Shown here: positions 22,542 to 32,705 of the stretch, piece after piece
How positions within the stretch are numbered: the first letter of the stretch is position 1
Layout: every line of letters begins with the position of its first letter
Origin: Alphaproteobacteria bacterium
GTDB taxonomy: Bacteria > Pseudomonadota > Alphaproteobacteria > UBA2966
Length of the DNA: 64,000 bases
NCBI GenBank assembly: GCA_964291395.2
Contig: OZ219858.1
Span: 640,001-704,000, forward strand
Reading direction: 5' to 3'
Notes under the pieces: generated by a model
What the model saw: only the letters and a program-made list of their open reading frames with translations
What the model was told of the DNA's origin: nothing
Database searches by the model: none
Position numbers and translations under genes: made by a program

Positions 22542-23429
22542 GTGAACCAGGGCATCGTCGTACAGCTGATCCCGGTGCTCGCACCGGTGCTCATCGCCAT
22601 CGCCATCGGCTATGCCTGGACTAAGCTCGGCCGCGACTTCGACGTCCGATTCCTCGCCAACATGATCCACAACGTCGGCATGCCCTGCCTGATTTTCTCG
22701 ACCTTGACCAAGGTCGACGTAGACCCCGAGGTCTTCGTCGATATGGCGTGGGCCTCGGTCGCTACCCACCTCGCGTTCCTCATCATCGGCGCGTTCGTGC
22801 TGCGCGCAGCGCGCTTGCCGCTCTCGGTTTACCTCAACGGCATGGTCTATCCGAATGCCGGGAACATCGGCCTACCTCTGTGTCTGTTCGCCTTCGGCGA
22901 GCTCGGACTGGCACTGTCCACCGCTTGGTTCACCATCGATTCGGTCATGGTTGCGACCCTGGGCGTATGGGTGGCGTCGGGACGGTTCACCATGGGGGAC
23001 TTGATGCGGGCGCCGCTCCTCTATGCCGCGCTCGGTGCAGTGATGTTTCTCGCGAGCGGGACCAAACCGCCGGTGTGGCTCGCCAATACCACCGGCCTGA
23101 TCGGCGGCTTGGCGATCCCGCTGTTGCTCGTCATGCTCGGCGTATCGCTGGGAACACTGCGGGTAACCAATCTCCGCCGCGCCTTTCTGCTCTCCCTGTT
23201 GAGATTGGGAATGGGATTCGCGATCGGCGTCGTCGCGGCAGACCTGTTCACGTTCGATGGCGTGGAACGGGGGGTCTTGATCATCAACTGCGCCTTGTCG
23301 GTTGGAATGGTCAATTATCTCATCTCCCAGTACTACGACCGGGAACCCCAGGAAGTGGCGGCGATGGTCGTGGTATCGGGTTTCATTTCGATTGCGACTC
23401 TCCCCTTGCTCGTGGCGTACGTGCTGTGA
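22542..23429 (+). CDS. AEC family transporter
   Basis: About 10 TM helices; GMPCLIFSTL, PNAGNIGLPLCLFAFG. Confidence 0.88.
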   Translation: MNQGIVVQLIPVLAPVLIAIAIGYAWTKLGRDFDVRFLANMIHNVGMPCLIFSTLTKVDVDPEVFVDMAWASVATHLAFLIIGAFVLRAARLPLSVYLNGMVYPNAGNIGLPLCLFAFGELGLALSTAWFTIDSVMVATLGVWVASGRFTMGDLMRAPLLYAALGAVMFLASGTKPPVWLANTTGLIGGLAIPLLLVMLGVSLGTLRVTNLRRAFLLSLLRLGMGFAIGVVAADLFTFDGVERGVLIINCALSVGMVNYLISQYYDREPQEVAAMVVVSGFISIATLPLLVAYVL

Positions 23430-24301
23430 TCGCCGAAGTCTTCGGCGTCGTTGCTCCCGTCCTGTTCGGCGCCGCTCTAGGGTTCGGCTGGGCCCGGTTC
23501 GGACCTGCCTTCAACACCGAGTTGCTGGCGTCGCTGGTGTTGGTAGTCGGCACGCCATGCTTGATTTTCTCGACACTGACGAGATTCAGCGTCGACCTTC
23601 ACGCGGTCGGGACCATGGCACTGGCCGCGTTGATGTCCATCATCGTTATCTCGGCGGTCGGCGGTGCGATCCTGTTCGCGACACGACAACCGGTCGGTGC
23701 CTTTCTCCCCTCCCTACTATTTCCGAACTCGGGCAACATGGGGTTACCCCTTTGTCTGTTCGCATTCGGTGACGAAGGGTTGGCCCTGGGCATCGCCTTC
23801 TTCACCGTGACGTCCGTAGGGAACTTCACGCTCGGGGTCTGGCTCGCTTCGGGCGGCAAGTCTCCCGTGCGGTTGCTGCAGACACCGTTGATCTGGGCCG
23901 CGCTGGCCGGGGTGGCGTTTCTGGCCGCCGGGATCAAGCCGCCCCTCTGGTTGTCCAATACGACACGATTGATCGGCGACTTCACGATTCCGGCGATTCT
24001 GATCGCTCTGGGAGTCGCCCTGGCCAAATTGCGAGTGGCCAATATGGGGCGCGCGGCGCTGATCGGCGTCCTCCGTCTGGGCCTCGGAGTCGTATTGGGA
24101 TTATCGCTGGCGGAACTGCTCCACTTCGAGGGTGCCGCGCGAGGAGTGGTCATACTCCAGTGCGCGATGCCGGTGGCCGTTTACAACTTCCTGTTTGCCC
24201 AGCGGTATGGTAACGCTCCGTCCGACGTGGCGGGCGGCGTCGTTGTCTCGACGGCGATATCTTTTCTGACACTGCCGTTCCTGATCGCTTACCTTCTTTG
24301 A
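23426..24301 (+). CDS. AEC family transporter (tandem paralogue)
   Basis: GTGA overlap with the previous stop; GTPCLIFSTL, PNSGNMGLPLCLFAFG, AMPVAV. Confidence 0.88.
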   Translation: MIAEVFGVVAPVLFGAALGFGWARFGPAFNTELLASLVLVVGTPCLIFSTLTRFSVDLHAVGTMALAALMSIIVISAVGGAILFATRQPVGAFLPSLLFPNSGNMGLPLCLFAFGDEGLALGIAFFTVTSVGNFTLGVWLASGGKSPVRLLQTPLIWAALAGVAFLAAGIKPPLWLSNTTRLIGDFTIPAILIALGVALAKLRVANMGRAALIGVLRLGLGVVLGLSLAELLHFEGAARGVVILQCAMPVAVYNFLFAQRYGNAPSDVAGGVVVSTAISFLTLPFLIAYLL

Positions 24302-24421
24302 GGACCCAATGTTCCTCAACGTTGGGCAGGACGGTTTCCGGCACCGTAGCAGACGCCCGATGATCATGATTCCGGGTGAAGTCCCGGATTCTCTGGAAAA
24401 TCTGGTAGGGATGTATCCTCG

Positions 24422-24616
24422 TTGAAGATTCACAAATCGGTGCCGGTTGCCGCCGACCTCAAAAGCGCGAAGTTCTACTGCCCGACCGCCGATGAGATGA
24501 AGCTCTGGCGGCAAGGAGCGGTCGGTGTGTGGGTCGATTTCAAGGGTTCATTCGATTCGGGAATATCGAGCCAAACGAATGCGGCCGTTATCTCCCAGTT
24601 ATTGTTTGGAGGATGA
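24422..24616 (+). pseudogene. Possible C-terminal remnant of a TRAP DctP solute-binding protein
   Basis: KFYCPTADEMKLWRQGAVGVWVDFKGSFD resembles DctP C-terminal helices; no intact upstream gene. Confidence 0.35.
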
Positions 24617-24700
24617 TGGTCAATGATAATGAGAGCCGATCGGGGAACGAGATTCCAAAGGGGAAACCCAGTCCCCCGCGTCTTATGACGACGGCCGAAG

Positions 24701-25741
24701 ATGGAATCACCTGCCGCATCCGGCCACCGGACGAGGCCAAGAATCGGAATCCTACCGGGCGACCCCAATGGAGTCGGACCGGAACTTCTGGTGAAGCTAC
24801 TGGCCGATCTCGACGATGAGACCAAAGCGGATGTCCTTGTCATCGGCGACGCTCACGTCATCGAGGCCGGGGCCCGCACCGCGGGCGTTGCAGTGTCGCT
24901 GCCGGAGTGGACAACCGATACCGAAGCGATGGCGGAGGGCGAAGCCGCGCATCTGGTGATGGAGACCATTGCCCCGGATGACGTGACCCCGGGAAAGGCG
25001 ACCGGGGCGGCCGGACGCTCGATGTTAAAGACGCTCGAGGCGGCGGTCGATCTCGCCGCGGCCGGCATGATCGATGGAGTTTGCTTTGCCCCGCTCAATA
25101 AGAGCGCCCTGTACCTGGGGGGCATGACGGAAGCCGACGAAATGCAGCACATCGCCGCCCATCTCGGCGTCAAGGGGCTGGCCCGCGAACTGAATGCGGT
25201 CGAGGGCCTGTGGACGACGCGCGTCACCAGCCATGTCGCCCTGAAGGACGTTGGCGGACTGATCAATGAGGAGGCGATCCTGGCGGCGGTGTGCCGGCTC
25301 CACGACACCATCTCGGACGCCGGCGTCGAACGGCCACGCCTTGCCGTCGCGGCGCTCAATCCTCATGCCGGAGACAACGGCAACTTCGGGCGCGAGGAGA
25401 TCGACATCATCGCGCCAGCCGTCGAGCGCGCGAAGGCGGAAGGCTTCGACGTCGTCGGTCCGTGGCCTCCGGACAGCGTGTTTTTGCTGGGCAAGGACGG
25501 CCGCGTGGACGGCATCGTGGCGATGTATCACGACCAGAGCCAGATCGCCATGAAGTTGCTGGGCTTCGATCGTGGCTTGACATTGCTTGGTGGCCTCCCC
25601 ATGCCCATAACGAGCCCGGCGCAAGGATCCGCCTACGACATCGTCGGCAAGGGGGTCGCGCGCGTCGGCGCTCTGCGCTTTGCATTCGATCTGGTTGTCA
25701 CGCTCGCGACCCGCCGTATCGCGAAAGCTCACTCCGCATGA
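24701..25741 (+). CDS. PdxA-family dehydrogenase (probably catabolic PdxA2-like)
   Basis: GDPNGVGPE, APLNK, TSHVAL, LNPHAG, GPWPPDS, MYHDQ. Confidence 0.88.
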   Translation: MESPAASGHRTRPRIGILPGDPNGVGPELLVKLLADLDDETKADVLVIGDAHVIEAGARTAGVAVSLPEWTTDTEAMAEGEAAHLVMETIAPDDVTPGKATGAAGRSMLKTLEAAVDLAAAGMIDGVCFAPLNKSALYLGGMTEADEMQHIAAHLGVKGLARELNAVEGLWTTRVTSHVALKDVGGLINEEAILAAVCRLHDTISDAGVERPRLAVAALNPHAGDNGNFGREEIDIIAPAVERAKAEGFDVVGPWPPDSVFLLGKDGRVDGIVAMYHDQSQIAMKLLGFDRGLTLLGGLPMPITSPAQGSAYDIVGKGVARVGALRFAFDLVVTLATRRIAKAHSA

Positions 25742-26062
25742 CCCCGGCGCGCGAATTTCGTAATTTGCTGGACGGTCCGGAACGCCTTTGGCCGTCGCTT
25801 GACGGGCGGCCTGATCGCCATCGATGAAGTGGGACCGTACGCGGCAAAAGGCATGAGCATGATCGCTCGATGGTGCCGCGCGCGCTTCGCGGAGTCCAGA
25901 CCGATCAAGATTATCGGAAGCCGCAACCTCCCCTGCAACGAACGATGCGTGCGGCGTTTCGTTCTCGTTCGCGGCCTAGGCACGGCCTCCTGGCTTGTTC
26001 CCAAGGCACCGCCCTAGCGCTTCGACAATCCTTCGCCACCCTCCGGTGTGTGTGATCGAGAA

Positions 26063-26335
26063 TCAGGAGTTTTCGCTTGGGGATCGCACCCGGAGCGCGA
26101 GAGCGTGAACGCGGTCGCCAAGTTCATCCGCAAGTACGCGATGAACCATCCTCTGACGTTCTACGCGGGACATCCCATCGAAGGTCGAAGCCACGATTTC
26201 AACGCGAAAATGGGTCTCGCCTTCGGGACGCGCACCCGCGTGTCCCGCATGCAAATGCGACTCATCAATGATGTCGAGGTGAACCGGAGCGAACGCATCG
26301 GTTAGCTTGGCGTGTATGGAGTCGGCGACACTCAT
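26063..26335 (-). CDS. bolA: BolA family protein
   Basis: IIDESHLHAGH, GETHFRVEIV, RVERQRMV, VHAL. Confidence 0.93.
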   Translation of the reverse strand: MSVADSIHAKLTDAFAPVHLDIIDESHLHAGHAGARPEGETHFRVEIVASTFDGMSRVERQRMVHRVLADELGDRVHALALRVRSPSENS

Positions 26336-26495
26336 GCCCGTTTCCGCAAAGAGCTTTTGCGTCTCGCACGGTGATCCGCGGTCCCCGCCCTGTCAAGGAG
26401 ATACCACCGTTCCCGCGGACACGGGCCGGCGGGCACGCCATGGCGATGCCATGGCGACGGTTGTCAGTGTGTGGACCTGACTCCATACTTGAATC

Positions 26496-27083
26496 ATGCC
26501 ACCGTCGAAGCTCAAGGATTTTTCTCCAGCGCGAGCCGTGCGCGCCTGCGATCATCCGGAATGCGACGGGGAAGGTAAGTTTCGTGCCCCGAAGTCACCG
26601 AGTGATCTGAATACCTACTATTGGTTCTGTCTCGACCACGTCCGTGCGTACAACGCTACGTGGAACTATTTCGAGGGTATGTCGCAGGCCGAGATCGAGC
26701 GGTTTCAGAAGAGCGCGGTCACATGGCATCGTCCGACTTGGCCGTTCGTCAGCGATTTGCGTAACGACGGCGTCCGGCATTTCGCGCCGCGACGCGATTT
26801 TTTCGCCGGTTTTCGGGATGATTTTGGCGTCTTGTGGAGCGAAGGCGGGGATGGGGAGGCCGACAATGGCAGCCCGCGAAAGCGAGTGACGCCCGAAGAA
26901 AGACGCGCGTTGGCCGAACTGAACCTTGACTCGAACACGGACTTGCAACAAATCAAGGACCGGTACAAGGAACTCGTCAAGAAATTCCACCCCGACGCCA
27001 ACGGTGGCAGCAAGAAGGCCGAGGAAAGGCTCAAGGCCGTCAATCGGGCATATGGCTGCTTGCTGTCTTCCGGCTACGCCTGA
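26496..27083 (+). CDS. J-domain co-chaperone (C-terminal J domain)
   Basis: CDHPEC..FRAPK..WFCLDHVRAYN, KKFHPDANGG; bolA-J-cobS-cobT synteny. Confidence 0.9.
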   Translation: MPPSKLKDFSPARAVRACDHPECDGEGKFRAPKSPSDLNTYYWFCLDHVRAYNATWNYFEGMSQAEIERFQKSAVTWHRPTWPFVSDLRNDGVRHFAPRRDFFAGFRDDFGVLWSEGGDGEADNGSPRKRVTPEERRALAELNLDSNTDLQQIKDRYKELVKKFHPDANGGSKKAEERLKAVNRAYGCLLSSGYA

Positions 27084-27114
27084 AACGTAGCCCTCAACAA
27101 TACGGACGTAATTT

Positions 27115-28119
27115 ATGGATTCCACCGATACCGCGGTCGAAGGGGCTGAAAAGCCGCTCGGCGTTCCCGACATCACAGTGTCGGTCAATCAGGTGTTTAG
27201 CTTCGACACGGAGCTCCAGGCACCGGCGTTCTCGCAGACGCACGACTTAGTGCCCGACATCGACGAGGCTTACTGCTTTGATCGCGAGACGACACTCGCG
27301 ATCCTGGCCGGCTTCGCCTACAACCGCCGCGTCATGATCCAAGGCTACCACGGCACGGGAAAGTCGACTCACATCGAACAGGTTGCGGCTCGGCTCAACT
27401 GGCCGTGCATTCGAGTCAATCTGGACTCGCACATCAGCCGTATCGATCTCATTGGGAAGGACGCGATCGTGATTCGGGATGGCAAGCAGGTCACGGAATT
27501 CAGGGAGGGAATGCTCCCGTGGGCGCTGCAATCCGCGACTGCGCTCGTGTTCGACGAGTACGACGCCGGCCGGCCCGACGTGATGTTCGTCATCCAGCGG
27601 GCGCTGGAGGCAGAGGGCAAGCTGACGCTGCTCGACCAGAACAAGGTCATCCGGCCGCATCCAGCGTTCAGGCTGTTCTCCACGACCAATACCATCGGGC
27701 TCGGTGATACGACCGGCCTCTACCACGGCACCCAGCAGATCAACCAGGGTCAGATGGATCGATGGAATATCGTCTCGACCCTCAACTATTTGCCTCACGA
27801 GGCCGAACTCGAGATCGTCTTGGCCAAGACCCCGACTTACGACACCCCGGAGGGTCGGAAGATCGTTTCGAATATGGTCAATCTTGCGGATCTGACGCGC
27901 GCCGGATTCATGAACGGCGATCTATCCACAGTGATGTCGCCGCGGACGGTGATCACTTGGGCGGAGAACGCGAGCATCTTCGACGACATCGGCTTCGCGT
28001 TTCGGCTCACGTTTCTGAACAAGTGCGACGAAGTGGAACGCACGACCGTGGCCGAGTACTACCAGCGCTGTATTGGCGAAGAACTTCCGGAATCGGCGAC
28101 GAACATCCAATTGATGTAA
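27115..28119 (+). CDS. cobS: CobS (MoxR AAA+ ATPase)
   Basis: [54 protein letters not shown]. Confidence 0.96.
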   Translation: MDSTDTAVEGAEKPLGVPDITVSVNQVFSFDTELQAPAFSQTHDLVPDIDEAYCFDRETTLAILAGFAYNRRVMIQGYHGTGKSTHIEQVAARLNWPCIRVNLDSHISRIDLIGKDAIVIRDGKQVTEFREGMLPWALQSATALVFDEYDAGRPDVMFVIQRALEAEGKLTLLDQNKVIRPHPAFRLFSTTNTIGLGDTTGLYHGTQQINQGQMDRWNIVSTLNYLPHEAELEIVLAKTPTYDTPEGRKIVSNMVNLADLTRAGFMNGDLSTVMSPRTVITWAENASIFDDIGFAFRLTFLNKCDEVERTTVAEYYQRCIGEELPESATNIQLM

Positions 28120-28150
28120 GCGTACCAACGGATCCAGTCGCCCTGAGACC

Positions 28151-30004
28151 ATGAGCCAGCCAGAAAGTCCGGTCGAACCGTTTAAACGGGCCGTCACCGC
28201 GGCAATGCGCGCCATCGCCGAGGACGATGAACTCGAAGTCTCCTACGGTTCGGAAGGCGCCGGCATCAGCGGCTCCAGGGCCAGACTGCCACTGCCGTCA
28301 CGAGAGCTGCCCCCGAGGGAGGTCGGCCAGATCCGTGGCATGGCGGATTCCCTCGCGCTGCGTGTCCGTCACCACGACGAACGGCTGCACGCCGCAAGAG
28401 CACCCAAGGGGCAGGACGCACGCGCTCTTTTCAATGCCGTGGAACTCGCTCGAGTCGAAGCGCTCGGCGCGCGGCGCATGGTCGGCGTCTCGCAGAACTT
28501 GAGCGACGCGCTCGAAAAGGAATGTGAAGCGCGCGGCTTCGCCAAGATGGAGCATCGAGAGCAGGCGCCCTTGGCCGACGCCGTCCGACTCATGCTGAGG
28601 GAACAGCTCACTGGGACGGTGGTACCGGAAAGCGGCCAACGCATTGTCGAGTTGTGGCGGGACGAGATCGTGGCCAAAGCGGGAGCTGATTTCCGGGAGC
28701 TCGCGGAAGCCATCGATGACCAGGCAGCGTTTGCTGCCGTGGCCCGGCGGCTTATCGCCCACCTCGACCTGGCCGAAGATTGGGAGGGCGAGGACGAAGA
28801 GCTGGAACAATCGTCCGACGAAGACCAACCGGATCAAGAAAATCAGGAAGACGAGGGCGACGGCACTCCGCCCGATGGCATGTCTGCCGAGACGGAGGAG
28901 GTGGCGGAAGGCGAAAGTTCCGGCGAAACCGACTTCGTCGCGTCCGATCAGATGCAGCCGCTGGGAGACGGGGAGGAGGACCCGGGAAAATCCGAACATC
29001 CCTGGTGGCCGGATGGATTTTACGGAGACAATGCCAACGAACCGCCATATCGGGCGTACTCCACCGGGTTCGATGAGATTGTCGAAGCTATCGAGCTTTG
29101 TGACGCCGAAGAGATGACACGCCTTCGTGCACAACTTGATCGGCAGGTCCAGCATCTCCAGACGGTCATCGGCCGACTCGCCAACCGTTTGCAACGCCGA
29201 CTCCTCGCCAAACAACAGCGTTCGTGGGAGTTCGACTTGGATGAAGGATTGCTCGATGCCGCCCGGCTGGCGCGGGTGGTCGCCAACCCGCTGCATTCCT
29301 TGTCCTACAAACAGGAAAAGGAAACGGATTTCCGCGATACGGTTGTGACGTTGCTGATCGACAATTCGGGCTCCATGCGCGGGCGGCCCATAAGCGTCGC
29401 GGCGACTTGCGCCGACATTCTCGCCCGTACTTTGGAACGCTGCGGAGTCAAGGTTGAGATCCTCGGTTTCACGACCCGAGCGTGGAAGGGGGGGCAGGCA
29501 CGGGAGCTCTGGCTTTCACGGGGCAAGCCGCCGAACCCCGGGCGCCTCAACGATCTCCGGCACATCATCTACAAAGGGGCCGACGAGCCCTGGCGGCGTG
29601 CCCGCAAGAGCCTGGGACTCATGTTGCGTGAAGGCATCCTCAAGGAAAACATCGATGGAGAGGCTCTGTTATGGGCACACCATCGTCTCCTGGGACGCCA
29701 CGAGCAGCGCCGGGTTTTGATGGTCATATCTGATGGCGCGCCCGTCGATGACTCGACCCTCTCGATCAATCCCGGCAACTATCTCGACAGGCACCTGCGG
29801 CAGGTCATTCACTGGATCGAGACACGCTCCCCCGTCGAGCTCGTGGCGATCGGTATCGGTCACGACGTGACGCGCTACTACCGAAGGGCGGTAACGATCG
29901 TCGACGCCGAGCAGTTGGGTGGAGCGATGATGGACAAGCTAGCCGAACTGTTCGACGAGGAACCTCAGTTCATGGTGCCGGCCGCTTCGAAACGTATCCA
30001 TTAG
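28151..30004 (+). CDS. cobT: CobT (acidic linker plus VWA domain)
   Basis: [42 protein letters not shown]. Confidence 0.96.
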   Translation: MSQPESPVEPFKRAVTAAMRAIAEDDELEVSYGSEGAGISGSRARLPLPSRELPPREVGQIRGMADSLALRVRHHDERLHAARAPKGQDARALFNAVELARVEALGARRMVGVSQNLSDALEKECEARGFAKMEHREQAPLADAVRLMLREQLTGTVVPESGQRIVELWRDEIVAKAGADFRELAEAIDDQAAFAAVARRLIAHLDLAEDWEGEDEELEQSSDEDQPDQENQEDEGDGTPPDGMSAETEEVAEGESSGETDFVASDQMQPLGDGEEDPGKSEHPWWPDGFYGDNANEPPYRAYSTGFDEIVEAIELCDAEEMTRLRAQLDRQVQHLQTVIGRLANRLQRRLLAKQQRSWEFDLDEGLLDAARLARVVANPLHSLSYKQEKETDFRDTVVTLLIDNSGSMRGRPISVAATCADILARTLERCGVKVEILGFTTRAWKGGQARELWLSRGKPPNPGRLNDLRHIIYKGADEPWRRARKSLGLMLREGILKENIDGEALLWAHHRLLGRHEQRRVLMVISDGAPVDDSTLSINPGNYLDRHLRQVIHWIETRSPVELVAIGIGHDVTRYYRRAVTIVDAEQLGGAMMDKLAELFDEEPQFMVPAASKRIH

Positions 30005-30008
30005 AACA

Positions 30009-30027
30009 GTTCCGGTTCGACCGGAAC
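30009..30027. terminator. Hairpin just after cobT, between convergent genes
   Basis: GTTCCGGT-TCG-ACCGGAAC inverted repeat; no clear U tract. Confidence 0.4.
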
Positions 30028-30134
30028 CGCTCCCGCGTTCCTTGCCGCCTGCGGCGGTCCGACCCGAGGTCCGAGAGATCCGACTCTCCGACCGACGTAG
30101 TGCCTGTTCGAGAGCGCGGCAGACATGGGTCAAT

Positions 30135-30707
30135 TCAGACGGCGGTTTCATCCGCGTTCATCGCCGCCGTCGTGACGAAACGCATCAGCGCCCGGAAAGG
30201 TATCAGCAGCGCAAGCGCCATCCCCACTTTCACGCCGAAATCACCTAGCCCCCACGTGATCCACGGCTGGCCCGTGCCGGCGAAGGCCAGCGAGAAAAAC
30301 AGCGCCGTGTCCAGGGCCGACGCGGAAAGCGACGAGACCAGCGGCGCCCGCCACCACGCCCCGGAACGGCGCAGTCGATCGAAGATCAGGACATCGAGCA
30401 ACTGGGCAGCCAGAAATGCGCTCCCCGAGGCGCAGGCGATGCGTGGCCCGGCCGCCCAGACGGAGAGCACCACGGCGAGTCCGAAGCCGGCGTAGACCAC
30501 GCGGCGCGTGGCCGCGGCACCGAAGTGTCGGTTCGTCAGGTCGGTCACGAGAAACGCGATGGGGTAGGTCAGCGCACCCCAGGTCAGCCAATCGTTGATC
30601 GGGAATTGCACGGCTATATTCGACACGACGACCACGATCGCCATGGCCGCGATCGGTGGCCAAAGCACAAGCAGCGGATGAGTCGTTGGACCTTGCCGGT
30701 CGCTCAT
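30135..30707 (-). CDS. VUT family (queuosine precursor) transporter
   Basis: SNIAVQFPINDWLTWGALTYPIAFLVTDL, SGSAFLAAQLLD, DTALFFSLAF. Confidence 0.88.
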   Translation of the reverse strand: MSDRQGPTTHPLLVLWPPIAAMAIVVVVSNIAVQFPINDWLTWGALTYPIAFLVTDLTNRHFGAAATRRVVYAGFGLAVVLSVWAAGPRIACASGSAFLAAQLLDVLIFDRLRRSGAWWRAPLVSSLSASALDTALFFSLAFAGTGQPWITWGLGDFGVKVGMALALLIPFRALMRFVTTAAMNADETAV

Positions 30708-30788
30708 TCCCGCCTCCGATCCGAGATGAAAGGGTTCTTGTTCGTGCCGGCAGCACGGTCCTCGCGCCGGCGACGACCGTGTCGGCAA

Positions 30789-31076
30789 CTAGGAAACGGC
30801 TTGAGCCTTCAGAATTTCGCGCCGCACGCGGCGGGCATTGGCGGAGAGGCTAGCCTCCTTGGCATCGGCCAGGAACTTGTCCAGACCACCCGCATGCTCC
30901 ACCGTTCGGATAGCGCTGGCGCTTACCTTGAGACGGATCGGCCGGTTCAGTACTTCGCTGAAGATCGACACCCGCTGGATGTTCGGCAAGTACCGCCGAC
31001 GCGTCTTGTTGTGCGCGTGGCTCACGTTGTTGCCGGACATCACCGATTTTCCGGTAAGTTCACACCGTCGTGCCAT
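30789..31076 (-). CDS. rpmB: 50S ribosomal protein L28
   Basis: MARRCELTGKSVMSGNNVSHAHNKTRRRYLPN. Confidence 0.97.
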   Translation of the reverse strand: MARRCELTGKSVMSGNNVSHAHNKTRRRYLPNIQRVSIFSEVLNRPIRLKVSASAIRTVEHAGGLDKFLADAKEASLSANARRVRREILKAQAVS

Positions 31077-31308
31077 TTCGGTCACCTGTTTCGCCGTCTG
31101 ATGGGATGTCTGAAACCGCTGCACGGGTGCAGGTCCGGTAAGGCGTGCGCTTCATAAGGCATCGCCCGTGGACCGTCAAGCGACGCCACGCCCCGGGATC
31201 ATACACGCGACGGTAGATGCGCGGCGGAATTCGGATGCTTACTCGACAAGTTCCGTCATGCGGTCGAGGCCGACAACGGCCAGGCAGATATGCCGATTTC
31301 CCCGGTTG

Positions 31309-32340
31309 CTACCGGCCGCCGTCTCCACCACTCCGAAAGGCGCCCAGCAGGCGTTGCGCGGCCGCGCCGGGCGTCGTGCGCCCGGCGCCCACGTCCTGCT
31401 CCAGTTGCGGTATCAGCTCCGCGGCGGCGGGTTCGTCGCGGAGGGCCGCGATCAGGTTCTCTCCGACCTCGTTCCACATCCAATGACGGGCCTGCGCTTG
31501 GCGGCGGCGGTCCAACCCGCCACCCACCCGCAGTGCCCGCTGGTGGGATTCAACGGCTCGCCAGACGTCTCCGATGCCCGTTTTTTCCAGGGCGGAGCAC
31601 ATATGGACTTCTGGCGTCCAGGAACTCGTCGCTGGCCGCAGGAGATGCAGGGCACCGGTGTACTCGGCCGCGACGACCTTGGCTTGGCCCGCAAGCTCGC
31701 CATCCGCCTTGTTCACGACCACCAGGTCGGCGATTTCCACGATCCCCCGTTTGATACCCTGCAGTTCGTCACCGCCGCCAGGCGCGATGAGAAGCAGGAA
31801 AGTATCGACCATGTCGGCCACCGCCGTCTCAGATTGGCCAACCCCGATTGTCTCCACGATGACGACGTCAAAGCCCGCGGCCTCGCAAACGATCATGGCT
31901 TCCCGCGTGCGCCGCGCCACGCCTCCGAGGCTCCCCCCCGATGGCGACGGTCGAATGAAGGCGGCAGGGTCCCGCGAGAGGGAGTCCATTCGCGTCTTGT
32001 CGCCGAGAATCGAGCCGCCCGAACGGCTCGACGACGGATCAACGGCGAGCACGGCGACACGGTGTCCGGCACCCGTCAACTCGACCCCGACTGCTTCGAT
32101 AAACGTCGACTTACCGACGCCCGGCGCACCGGAGATCCCGACCCGAACGGCACTGCCCGTATCGGGGAGCAACATATCCAGCAACGTCAACGCTTGGCCC
32201 TGATGATCGGGTCGGCGCGACTCGATCAGGGTGATAGCCCGTCCCATGGCGCGTCGGTCCCCGTTTCGGACACTCTCGGCGAGCGTTTCCATGTCCGAAT
32301 TTTCACCCATCGCAGCGGGCCTTTCAGGCGTTGCGGTCAT
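31309..32340 (-). CDS. meaB: Methylmalonyl-CoA mutase-associated GTPase
   Basis: GISGAPGVGKST, AVDPSS..GGSILGDKTRM, ETIGVGQSE, NKAD. Start approximate. Confidence 0.95.
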   Translation of the reverse strand: MTATPERPAAMGENSDMETLAESVRNGDRRAMGRAITLIESRRPDHQGQALTLLDMLLPDTGSAVRVGISGAPGVGKSTFIEAVGVELTGAGHRVAVLAVDPSSSRSGGSILGDKTRMDSLSRDPAAFIRPSPSGGSLGGVARRTREAMIVCEAAGFDVVIVETIGVGQSETAVADMVDTFLLLIAPGGGDELQGIKRGIVEIADLVVVNKADGELAGQAKVVAAEYTGALHLLRPATSSWTPEVHMCSALEKTGIGDVWRAVESHQRALRVGGGLDRRRQAQARHWMWNEVGENLIAALRDEPAAAELIPQLEQDVGAGRTTPGAAAQRLLGAFRSGGDGGR

Positions 32341-32573
32341 TTGTCGTCTTCGTACCGGGATTTCCGGCCGGGCCCGAGAACCGGTGTACAAGTGCACTCC
32401 CCGGTCTTCGGACTGAGTTCGTCGAATGTCTTTTTGGCTTTGGCTCCGTTGGCAAGAGCCTCCTGCACGAGTCATTCCCGCGTCCGCGGTCTGGCATCAG
32501 CGATGGCAAATGGCGCAATCCATGTGTCCGGTACGAAGTGTCACTTATGTCTCAGATCGGTCCCCGTGGAGAT

Positions 32574-32650
32574 TGGCGACCCCGGAGGGATTCGAACCCC
32601 CGACCTACGGATTAGGAATCCGCCGCTCTATCCGACTGAGCTACGGGGCC
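32574..32650 (-). tRNA. tRNA-Arg (anticodon CCT)
   Basis: GGCCCCGTAGCTCAGTCGGATAGAGC-GGCGGATTCCTAATCCGT-AGGTCGGGGGTTCGAATCCCTCCGGGGTCG-CCA; 77-nt cloverleaf with encoded CCA. Confidence 0.97.
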
Positions 32651-32705
32651 GCTGCCAACCTTCTAGGCGCACCTGAATTCCCGGTCAACCGAGCCGGCCG
32701 GAGAC

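Noticed and set aside
22748-23425. N-terminal extension giving a 517-aa AEC protein
   Set aside because: Out-of-frame overlap with the first AEC gene; the real start is the GTG at 23426.
27115-30004. Cobalamin biosynthesis cluster
   Set aside because: Only cobS and cobT in their standard bolA/J-domain context; no cobN or other cob genes in the window.
31168-32676. 502-aa plus-strand ORF
   Set aside because: Antisense shadow of meaB and the tRNA; long shadow ORFs are expected at high GC.
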